This document shows, in pieces, positions 36,407-47,348 of a stretch of DNA of 47,348 bases; position 1 is the stretch's first letter, and each line of letters starts with the position of its first letter. The stretch is from Catajapyx aquilonaris (taxonomy: Eukaryota), in the NCBI GenBank assembly GCA_000934665.2, contig KZ538955.1:1-47348 (forward strand), in the 5' to 3' direction. The notes under the pieces are model-generated. The model was not told where the DNA came from. It worked only from the letters and a program-made list of their open reading frames with translations, and searched no databases. The translations under genes were made by a program, and so were the position numbers.

Positions 36407-36689
36407 CCCGCCCTTACTTCGACCTTACGTCATCGTTTTGTTTACCAATATATTCCTATAGTCAACGAAATCTCCCTCACACTTTTCAAGTTTTCCATGG
36501 AGATGCCCTCACACGACAATAAGAGTAAGCTGTTCTTTTTTATTAACACCGTTTACTCATATTGGTGTGTGAGGGCATTTCCATGGAACATTGAAAAGTG
36601 TGAGGTTCCAGGGGTGCGTTCGGAAGATTTCGTTGACTACAGGAATTGGTAAACGAAACGGTTGATGTAAGGTCGAAGTAAGGGTGGGC
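36407..36689. mobile_element. Foldback MITE
   Basis: GCCCGCCCTTACTTCGACCTTAC...GTAAGGTCGAAGTAAGGGTGGGC, with pairing continuing ~120 bp inward. Confidence 0.85.
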
Positions 36690-38879
36690 AACCTATATAC
36701 ATTATTCAAAGTACCATTTTAAATATAACTCGGGAAGCAAGCCTGAGCTATCATATTTTCCAATGTGTGTGATATTCTGAACATCACACCAAGTATTCTT
36801 CACTCATCTGTGATAAATTACATAGCTGAGAAAGCACGTGCATTTTAAGTGATCAGTGAGCTAGAGAGCAAACATTGCGAATTTTATGAACGCAAGAACG
36901 ATGTTATTACATCATATATCACTTCCACAACACGTATTATCCATACAGAATACGAAGAGGAATTATAGGCCAATCCGATCCCTCCATTTGAAATCCGCAT
37001 GTAAAATAAGAGTCAATTAATTGTAAGTTACTCTTCCGGCATCGGCAAGATGTCCTGGCGCGGTGTCGACAAGCAAGGTCCCTGACACATTTATCGCGCG
37101 ATAACTCGAGCCCCGCCGACGACAGGCCTCCATCGTCCAGTGTATTAAAGCAGCATGCATGACCACAGCCACTTTTTTCAACTCCCCTTTTCTTCTGGAC
37201 AAGAGCCTCTGGCCCCTGGTACAGTAGTCGCTACATGTTTGGGGAGCAGCTTATTTCATGGACTAACCCGGGCGCGGCAGGTATTACACATGCATATCTG
37301 AACACTCATTGCGCCCCTGTGTCTCCCCAACCCCTGAAAACCGGCTTGAGCGGACGAGGCCTGAAAACCAGTCAATGGTCATTATGCATGCACATGTGGT
37401 TGACCCCTCGCACTTGACCCGTCCGTGGACCCAGAATGCGATCAAGTATAGTCGCGTCGGTTGCCAGACATGTGCCCGGAGCCTGAAAGTCTCAAAAGGT
37501 TGAGGGGTGGCATAACAAGGCTGGCAAGTTATTGCAGGTGCCCCAACTACTCAGCTGCTCCTTTTTGCCCCCTTTTATTTTTATGTTCGTTTTGACACCT
37601 CTAAGGAGCCGTGGATAAACTAACGAGGATTACTTGGCCTTTTCGTCGGGGAGATTTTCAGCAGTACGTCTGACCAATATCAGTCAGTAATATCGTGTTT
37701 AGGTATAAATTAGGTATTGATATTACACAATATTCCGAATTGGCACGTAATATAGGCGACAGTCAGATATGGCATACGTGATTAATATTCCAGAAATGTA
37801 TTGTGATCGAAAAATTTATTGGCTTAATTATAGTTTTATTTTTGTGGCAATAAATCAGGCCTAGTATATAGGTGCGAAACATAGGGATTAATAAACCCGA
37901 GGCCAATTGCATGATGGGTAATGTAACACAATGTAAAAGTCTGAGGAACGGCTACCCGCTGGATAATTTTGATCACAGCACCGTGTCCTATAAAGATCAT
38001 AAGATCCCAATCGGAGCCATAAAATCCCAGTAATTCCCAATCGGGCGTTAGATAACGCGATGTAAAAACCAGTTAAGTAGTGTTTTATGTCAGCATACAA
38101 GTTTTACGCGGGTGATATTTTACAAATGAGGGCATCGATTAATGCGAGCTATGATCTACTTACTTCCTGGAATCGTTTAGGAGCTTCGACGGGACAAGGA
38201 ATTGCTGGAAAGAAAACGTAAACCGGCCTTAATATCGACGCTGAGGAAGTAGGCCTAGGCTTATTTGGGTGGAAAGGTGCCTGGATGCACTTGGGAAATT
38301 GCCGAGGTTGAGCTTTCCAGCCACCCCCCTCGACACCACCTCCCAAGGATGAAAATCCTACAATGAATAACAAAACGGCAATAAATTTATAAGCAGGCCA
38401 CGCCAATGAGATAAGGAGCCGTAAAACATTCAGGGAGGCATCAAAAGTTTCTTGCCAGAGCCAGATGGCATCATCAGCACTCTCACTTCACATTGCCCAC
38501 CAAGACACTCTTCACCATATCATACTTTCTCACAATATACTGGACTTGAATCACTTCCTCTTTATTTTTTATGTTCCATTATTTCTTACAGCTTATAATT
38601 TAGATAATATTTATGGGCGCTCTCGAGGAAAATTGTTTAGCATTTTTTTGTTATTTAGGATACGTTATTAAGTATACACCGGTGCATATTTGGTTTGTGT
38701 AATGCATTCAAAATATTGTCCTCGAGTACATTGGTTACAGAAATATGTGTACTTGCGACAGCCCTATTCGAATAAGGAAGAACTATACTGCAGTTGTGAT
38801 CTAACAGTTGATGCACATGTTATCATATTTAGTGTAAATGTGGTAGCTTCATATAAGCTTTTAATAATTTTGAATATGC

Positions 38880-38992
38880 GTACAGTAAAGGTGATTATGC
38901 TAGAGTGCGTCAGCGGCGTCATGTCAGCACTCAAAACACTTTCGGATTTTGTAGGTTTTCTGATTTTGGAATTTCTGATGATTCTCAACCTG
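38880..38992 (+). mobile_element. Tigger4/Zombi-like MITE right end
   Basis: GGCGTCATGTCAGCACTCAAAACACTTTCGGATTTT..GATTCTCAACCTG|TA. Confidence 0.75.
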
Positions 38993-39505
38993 TATTGGCG
39001 AACAAGGTGTGACTGAAAAAATACAAATTTAAAATATATCAATGACAAAAATGCGCATTAAAATTTATTTTAGGCATACAGGGTTTTCTGTGGACATTTG
39101 AAACTTGAGAAATTGCAAATTCGTAGCACTTTCATCCCAATGTCTTGGTCCTATATCCCCCGCTTTGCAGTGATAGGCCTACATGTCATTTTTCTAATGC
39201 ACACACTATCAAGAACCAGCGTACCACAAACTCTTATAGGATCAAACAAAATGGATGTCCTTGCAAGGCTTAAGTGCTAACAATCTGTAATATATTACCA
39301 CAGAAATAAAAATGTTGGGCAAAGTTTTCTGCCTTTCACTTTCTTCTACTCAGTTTCGCATTTAATTATTATCTTCTCTACAATTACGAGGCCTTTTCCC
39401 TCTTAAGCAACCGAATACTGTATAGGCAGAGTCTCGTACACAGTTGTTCACCTTTTTTGGTTCTAAATTTGGTGTAATAATATAGGCTTATTGTAAATTT
39501 AATTA

Positions 39506-39879
39506 CAGCTTGCGAATCATTTATCCAAAATGCTGGGGACAGGAAGTGTTTCAGATGGATTTTTGGGGGGATTTTGGAATATTTGTACATTTGCATTTAG
39601 AATTGAACAGCTTTTGCATGGGATAAATGCCTAAATACGATATACATGTGTTTCTTAATATAGGTTATGCTGAGTTTGAGGTATAGTTTCATAAATATGA
39701 AATAATTCTTTAATAACTTACGTACAGACACAGATACAAGTAATGATGATGCTACTCGTGTTCTACGCACATTGTATTTCCCATTTGTGGCATGTCATGT
39801 TAAGTAGGCTATACTATAATGCTTTCGGATTTTGGAGGTTTTCGAATTCTGGAATTTTGGGCAAAGGATTCTCAATCTA
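39506..39879 (+). mobile_element. Tigger4/Zombi-like MITE copy
   Basis: TA|CAGCTTGCGAATCATTTATCCAAAATGCTGGGGACAGGAAGTGTTTCAGA ... GGATTCTCAATCTA|TA. Internal similarity to 28129-28473. Confidence 0.82.
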
Positions 39880-40378
39880 TATCGGCTAATTTTTCATAGC
39901 ATTGATGTTAATCATAACTCTCGCGCCAGGCAGTATTCTGACTGTATTTGGGCAGTATTCTTGTGAATGTGTATATGACCACCTCAGTGTGGACAGTATA
40001 GGGCCTACGGCAGGAACGGTAATTTTAAGTAATGTACACCCTTCACGTAAAATTTTAAACGTTATATGCAAGTAACATCAGCACGAGTATAGTAACTACG
40101 ATGCGAGCTACGGTGAAATGTACAGAAGTGCAACAATCTCACATTCGCATGAATATGCATACAATCAATGTATAATTTCAAATTCATAAATTAGCAATAG
40201 CGAGGACCTCCTTCAGTGATACTAAAAAATAGTAGGTTTGCATCAACCTTCAAGTATGTACAATGTGTTAAAAAGTATCTGAATTAAATCGCTAGTATAA
40301 AGACATGCCCATTTCGCAAGAAATCTTTTATTGTCATCAGAGACTGATAGAGAGTATAGGCATTATAGATGTAGGCTA

Positions 40379-40507
40379 CTATAGATGGGTCGGTGAACGA
40401 ACGCAAGCAGATGGCCAATTTTATTACAGGTCGGAATACAGTTTGTAATGTAATTCCTGTAATAAAATTGGCCACCCGCTTGCGTTCGTTCACCGACCCA
40501 TCTATAG
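40379..40507. mobile_element. Short palindromic MITE (~52-bp arms)
   Basis: CTATAGATGGGTCGGTGAACGAACGCAAGC..TGGCCAATTTTATTACAGG / CCTGTAATAAAATTGGCCA..GCTTGCGTTCGTTCACCGACCCATCTATAG. Confidence 0.85.
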
Positions 40508-41344
40508 GAAATATATTCAAGTATTCTGAATACACATCATATCGAGTGACGCAATATGTAAATTATTCCTCCTCAAAATGCTAAATAATTTCAATGTCCA
40601 TCACATATTCTGAAACCATTTTGGTCAGCAACAGATACTGGGATTTCATCGAAAAGCTCGAAGAAAATCCAAAGAATCAATTGTCATCGTCACTTGTCAT
40701 ACAATTAAATATCAACGATTATATGGTCTAAATGAGGCTATTTAGATGCGTCAGCCGACCCATTCTTATAAAATATTTATGCCTATCCTATTCGCCATAA
40801 TTTTTCATTGTGGCATTACCTGATCTCCATCAATGGTATAAAAAATTGTAATGGCCAATTAAATTGCCAAAATTTACAATTGCATTTTCTCTGTTGTTAC
40901 TAAATATAAGTAGTTTGGTAGTATTGGATCTATATGCCTCACACCGAACCGCGAAGAAAGCCAAGTCGGAATCTGTCGGGTGTGCAATTTCTATGGTGTC
41001 ATTAAGAAATGTTAACAATATGAGAACGGTTCTTCGACATAACACTATATCCCTGTAACATTATGTCTATTACCTTACAATATCGAATGAAGAAAGTATT
41101 TCAATTAGTTACTGATTGTTTTTAACTCCATGGTATTACTTGCGTAAATAAGACAATTTTCCCAGCATGGCGAGACAGAGACATTTCAACAAATTGGGAC
41201 AGTGAGATAAACAAAGTCGGTAGAAGCATATATTAGTTAATGTAATTATATCGAATACGATAATTAAGTAATTATCTGCAGCCTTAGAATACTTCACAAA
41301 TCCTTAATTGTTAGTTATATTATTGATATTGGTGTGAGCAGCAA

Positions 41345-42008
41345 TCCTAATTACGCTGAAGCTAATAAACAGTAAACTAATCAATAATCATGTATGACTT
41401 CGGTGTTTCGATTTGCATGCTTTCAATGCTATATAATTATATCAGTCAAGATTAGTGCTGAAGTCATAATGCAGGATGTTCCAATTGTATATTGGTACTG
41501 TACTTTTAGTTACTGGAAATTGTTGCGAAAAAAATACACTTTTAAAAGTGTCCATTGATTGTTGGAAAGCTGCCACAGGTGAGTAGTACCATTACATGTT
41601 ACTACTAATAGTTACACATTCCGAACGGTTCAAGGTATAAAGTGGAATCCAGACACATTTTTAAAAATCATTTAATTAATCATCCGGAACCAATCTGGGT
41701 TCAAATGTATTTTACTTGTTTATGTTTATTAAATTTAATCGGCCAAACATACTCGTATATAGCAGCATGTCCAGCAGCAATTTCCAGTAACTAAAAGTAC
41801 TGTACCAATATACACTTGGAACATCCTGCATTATGACTTCAGCACTAATCTTGACTGAACAAGAACACATTCATGCAAAAATAATTGGGTTTTCTCTAAG
41901 AAAGGGTTGCTTATAATTATATAGCATTGAAAGCATGCAAATCGAAACACCGAAGTCATACATGATTATTGATTAGTTTACTGTTTATTAGCTTCAGCGT
42001 AATTAGGA
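41345..42008. repeat. Long inverted repeat (41345-41441 with 41912-42008; 41442-41522 with 41778-41858)
   Basis: Direct reverse-complement matches with only a couple of mismatches. Confidence 0.92.
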
Positions 42009-43699
42009 AAATAAATACGAAGTTGACTTAATTCTTAAATGATTTTTACGTCGTTTATCTGGCTATGATGTAATTTTAAAGGAATCCTGAACAATACAAG
42101 CGACAATACAATGTTTCAATGCTGAAAGAAACGATCTAAGCAGCACGAATAACGAGGCTGTTAAATATATAGCTCTTAACCGGTGAACGGTCCAAAATTT
42201 CCCTCAATTTCCTTCATGTAACCACATTTTCAATTCCGAACGTGCCATTTCTCCTCCCGCTAATAATCCCCAATATTAAGACTCATATCTTCTTTTGCTG
42301 CTGGAAAGAGCATCATTATCCCGATTTGGATCTTTCGAACGAGCGATGAATTATTAGAAACTCACTCCCAAACGGTTATTATCCTAGTCCAGCTGTACAT
42401 ACTAATTAGGTTTAATAAAGGAAGGGATGCCACTGCTGTTTTTTTTCTAGCTCTAGTTTTTTAAAAAGTTCTGGAGAGTTGGTAAAAGGTGGGGACTGAA
42501 TAGCCGCAAGATCGTTAAATAATCTGCAAGACGTGGGCGAATTAAGAAAAGAGGGTACTGTTTATCATGGAAGCCATTTGTACGTGGGGCGAAAAAGGAT
42601 ACAAATCAGAGCCGCGTTATTATTTCCCCTTGTCGGGAAGGCTTGGAGTCAAGAGGAAAATAATTGAAGAAGCCTCCACTCTACTTATAAATCTGAACGG
42701 AAGGGGAATTTATGGGCATGGCCCGCGCGCCTTCTATACCATTTTCTTTCACGTACCATTTTGGAATTCAGAAGGAGTCAAATAGGCCTACCTTCCCTTC
42801 CGTCCAGAATAAGAAGGAAGGGCTTTATTAGTTTTCTTAACGTGTCGAGAGAAAAGGAGTGGCGTAGTAGATTTCTTAATGGAGACCAAATCACTTCGTC
42901 CAGATTCCAACACACCTTTCACTGCGGGATGCCGGGAAAAAACGACAGCTTCATGGTGTAATCTCTCTTTTAAAGGAAGGTTCTTTAAACGTTTCCTTTA
43001 TCCATCGTTTATCTTGCTGAATAATTGTTATTAACTTGTGTATAATTAGTTTCTAGCTATTTTATGGCAAAATATGTTGAATGCCATCATATCAGATTTT
43101 TTAAATATGGTATATGATTCTGAGGGGAATAATCACTATTCAGCTACTGTAGATTTATATTACCGATGCCTTGTTATAGTTTAGGCGTGAAATGGACATT
43201 GTTATAAAAATATCATAAGCCAATAAGCACATCTCGGTAATCTGACTCGACACCAAAATTCCTCTTAATTTGGAAATAGTGCATGCCATTCTATATATTT
43301 GTACCATTTTAGGGAGCATATTTCCCGCAGGAATTATGTCTTATACAAATACATCTGGAATGGTGATATTTAGTGTAATATTTGCAGCGTCTTGCCCATT
43401 TCAGTGTAGCAACTTACATAATCTATTGCACGTGAATATCGCTAAACATCACCGACTCTCCCTTTAAAATGTTGAAGTTCTTTCAATAAAGCGCAATGTG
43501 TAGTAATTTGTCCAATTATTAAAGCAAAATTTTAGTTTTGTTCGACCTAATCCAAAGTTTCAAGAAAATATTGACAAATGAACAGGTTTCTAAACCCATT
43601 GCAGCAACCTTACAGTTTATTTCTACACCGTACCAGGTTTTAACGCCACATTAAGACGGTTTTTAATAAGCCAGATATTTGCAATTTAGCGCAGAGGCC

Positions 43700-44051
43700 T
43701 ACAAGAATATATACGAGTATGTTTGCCAAACATACTCGTATATATTCTTGTATTATGTTTATTAAATTTAATCGGCCGGGCCGATTAAATTTAATAAACA
43801 TAAACAAGTAAAATATATTTGAACCCAGATTGGTTCCGGATGATTAATTAAATGATTTTTTAAAATGTGTCTCGATTCATTTTATACCTTGAACCGTTCG
43901 GAATGTGTAACTATTAGTAGTAACATGTAATGGTACTACTCACCTGTGGCAGCTTTCCAACAATCAATGGACACTTTTAAAAATGTATTTTTTTTCGCAA
44001 CAATTTCCAGTAACTAAAAGTACTGTACCAATATACACTTGGAACATCCTG
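43700..44051. repeat. Inverted copy of 41472-41744 (at 43779-44051), preceded by two back-to-back perfect palindromes (43700-43752, 43753-43803)
   Basis: Reverse-complement match over ~273 bp. Each palindrome has a 1-nt centre. Confidence 0.92.
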
Positions 44052-46194
44052 ATGTGAGTGAACGTGGCAACATTCTATGTGTAGTTTGATGCCTAACCTC
44101 ATTGAGCAGTATAGTGAAAACCACAGTTACTGATTGCAAAATATTATTTAAAAAGTTCTCTACGGCAAAATCAAAAACTTACGCGAGCTCAATAATTCTT
44201 TGCTGGTAAAAAAAAATATGACGCCCAAGATTGCTCAGTCATTTACGAGGCTATTCGAGCGCTTAAATATGTAGATGATTAACATAGGCATTCATAAACA
44301 AGGATGGTAGCCGTTTTAGTGCCGATTACAGATTTGAACTATTGAAGTCAAAAATATTACAGTACATATGAAAAGTTATAATCTCGCGTAAATAAGATAA
44401 TTTGGTGCAATCGTACAATAAAGTGGACGTATCTTACCATTACATTAGTCTACATATCGTACAGGTATTAATTGGATAAATTATGCAGCAAATGTATAAG
44501 ATTCGCAGGCTGCACATGCTAAATAGCTGGCTTAAAAATAACAGTGTAAAATGTTCCTGCATATTAAATTCCCCTCAGTCGAGGGATCCTTTCATTCCCC
44601 AAGTTTATTCATAAATAAAACCATATAAAATGCTCGGATAGGGAAATGCGTCACGGTTGCCGGTTAGGTCAGGTGCAACATCCGTCGGACATTAGGCTAT
44701 ACTTTACAAATAAAACACACTGCCTGATGCATATTTGTCAACGAACGAGGTGCAGATAGACCATTTCTCCCAAACAGCGTAATAGAATCGGGGCTGGTCA
44801 AGACGGCGTGTGGGTCTGAGCTGAGGGCTAATGCGCAGGTCGCGCAGGCGTCCATGGCACGTAAACAAGACGGCGAGTGCGAATGAGCGAGCGCCGTCCT
44901 GCCATCATTGACCTATAGGTTAAGGGGACCACAGCCGCAATCGCAATCGCCGCCATCAGCAGGCGCTACTCCCTCCCCCGCTGCCTCCTTCCATCCCCCC
45001 CCCACCCCCTATCCTCCTACATCCCACCCAACCACCCTCACTGCGCCAATTTCGAATACATGCGTTCTGAAGGGGGAAATTGCCACAGTCCGATATGAAT
45101 CGCCTTTCTGTTTCCCACAAGGAGCTGTTTTTTACCTCGTTTTTTTTTTCTTCTTTTTTCTTTTTATAATGTCGTCCTCCCTACTCCCCTTGCTCGCTCC
45201 AGACCCGGTTTGAGGTTGAGGTGGAAAAATGAATAAAGTCACCTGTGACCTAAGGGGCAGGTAGATTGGGCTCCCTTACAACATGGGGGATCAATAATGG
45301 TTTTCAAAAGGAATGGAATACTATACTTTCGACTTGACGTAGTGTGAGATAATTATGGGCGCGTATAGCTTTTTGGGTAAAGAAAATTAAATATCCATTA
45401 CAAAGGAGGCACGTGCGCGGAAGTTTGGATTTGATAATATGCTAATCTTCGTGTTTTATACTGATTACTATATTTTTGATGTAAATCATTGTGCAAGAAT
45501 GCTACAATTTTAATGTACAAATTTCATGTCTTGAACCAGTGAGAACCGTATCCATAAAACCAGATGGTAGATATTAGTAGAAAATTGACAAATTAATTTT
45601 ACATGCCCTTCTATTAAATATGAACTGATAGGCTGATATAGGCTATTGCTAAGATCAATGATCATATTGGAGTAGGCATCCATTTTCGTTCTGTGCAAGA
45701 GACGAGGGCACTAAATAATACCGAATTGCCATCACATTAGGACTAGTGTTAAAATATTATGCACCATCCCCAGTCCGTCACTTTTGTCGATCTTGTAGGC
45801 TGTCCAAATAGACTTTATATACTCGAATGCGACCGACTCGACGTGGCAACCAAACAATTTCAAACAGGTCAGAACAAGTTAATATAAATATTGTGCGAGG
45901 GTACGATTTTGTTGATGTTAAGTGTGGTGCGGAAACAGGCTGGAAAGGTGCCCACAAATTACATAAGCTTCTCTCTCTCCCTTAAATTTGCTGAGAAATA
46001 TCCATAATCTCTTCCTGAATCCATCACAATATATTGCTCTATATAGTTGGACCAATTGTGTAGATTATGTAGTGATGCTGCTGCCACATCAATTCCGTTA
46101 TGCCCAGAGTTTTTCTTTCTAATGGCAGCAAAAATGCTGCCATTTTCCCAGTAATTTATTGAATTCAAACCTTTGCATAATATGTAGATTTATT

Positions 46195-46320
46195 TTCAAA
46201 ATATTTTAAAATTCATAATGCTGACGGCATTATACGCGCCACAAATCAATGTTAAATTACATGTGAGCATTACATGACTAGCATCATTACCTGTATCTGT
46301 ACGTATACGAAATCATTTAA
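46195..46320 (-). mobile_element. Degenerate fragment of the Tigger4-like MITE family
   Basis: ACATGACTAGCATCATTACCTG.ATCTGTACGTA is shared with 47155-47189. Confidence 0.6.
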
Positions 46321-47046
46321 AAATGATACAACCTCCAGCAGGGTTAATGTTAACCTCTATTAAGAAATGGGTATGGACATAGTGGCTAGCACGCATTTAT
46401 CCCTTCCGAAAGCTGTCCCATTTTATAAAAACGGATAGTGGTGCGCCAAAAATAAATAAAAATTTGCATTAGGTAACTACAGTATTGTGAATCTACTATT
46501 ATAGTTAATTGTAGTGAAAAGAATAACTAAGTAGCGATCCATATTTTGGTTTAAAAACTGACTACAGATTGCACCAACAGATGGTCAAAATCGGCCACTG
46601 ATAAAGAAAATAAACTTCCTCCATATCTAAAGGCATATCTGTCCTGAGAGGGATAACTACTTATGTCACACAATATATTCGTGAATTCAGAGGTTTCATT
46701 GAGGCTGAAATGTCTGTGTGAAACCTTTTCACATAGAGGTACTGTATATATTGGTTCCTATATATTATAGTTCGCAACACAGACCTATTCGTACTGAATA
46801 GCAGGTGGTCCGTTATACGTGCTATTGGAATTAATTAAAATCTTCGAGTCGGGTACTCTTTAAGATGGAGCGAAATTGGCAAGTTTTCGTTTTACCCTTC
46901 TGGGACAGATACGCCATATTTTATTAAATGCGCTGTAAATATTTTACTGAAGAACCGGTTCGGGATTTACAGCAGTAAGTAAATATACCATAAATACCGA
47001 AATGAATGCTTTTTGATACGTGTGTGTTGATTATAATGCTACAATA

Positions 47047-47270
47047 CATGTTGAGTACCGGTATACTTTATCCGAAATTCCTAAATCCGAAAACCTTCAA
47101 ATCCGATTCGTGTGGACGTGACGCGCGACAAATGGAAAATTCCATGCGAGTAAAACATGACTAGCATCATTACCTGCATCTGTACGTACCATATGTAAAA
47201 TTACTAAAATTTATCAATCTAGCTCCTGCGCTAATGTGTAAGTCTAATCTCAATCTAATACATATTTCCA
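47047..47270 (-). mobile_element. Tigger4/Zombi-like MITE copy (partial, inverted)
   Basis: TA|CATGTTGAGTA..TTTATCCGAAATTCCTAAATCCGAAA..GACGTGACGCGCGACAAATGGAAAATTCCA. Confidence 0.7.
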
Positions 47271-47348
47271 GACCTATATCTGTCTGTCTGTCTCTCTGTC
47301 TGTCACCTAAACAGATCGATACGGAGGCCTCCACATATGCCCCATGGG

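Overview
This is AT-rich eukaryotic (animal, probably arthropod) genomic DNA from a draft assembly, with an N gap at 21518-21621. The first ~16 kb holds three intron-containing genes, all on the minus strand. They are the 5' coding part of a BTBD9 orthologue (continues off the window start), a complete but divergent GATAD1-like gene (5 exons, ~260 aa, apparent frameshift near the C-terminus), and a complete CNTD1/COSA-1-like meiotic crossover cyclin (5 exons, ~385 aa). The remaining ~31 kb has no coding exon I can recognise. It contains small mobile elements (TA-target pogo/Tigger-type MITEs, foldback MITEs, tRNA-derived SINEs with target-site duplications, a short Helitron, LINE relics), several templated inverted duplications, and GC-richer islands that look regulatory. 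I found no convincing new multi-gene system. The best leads are an RTE 5'-UTR-derived structured element whose tail forms a splice acceptor, a MITE family resembling mammalian Tigger4/Zombi, the altered GATAD1 C-terminus, and a long fold-back just downstream of CNTD1. All homology calls come from recalled family sequences, not database searches.
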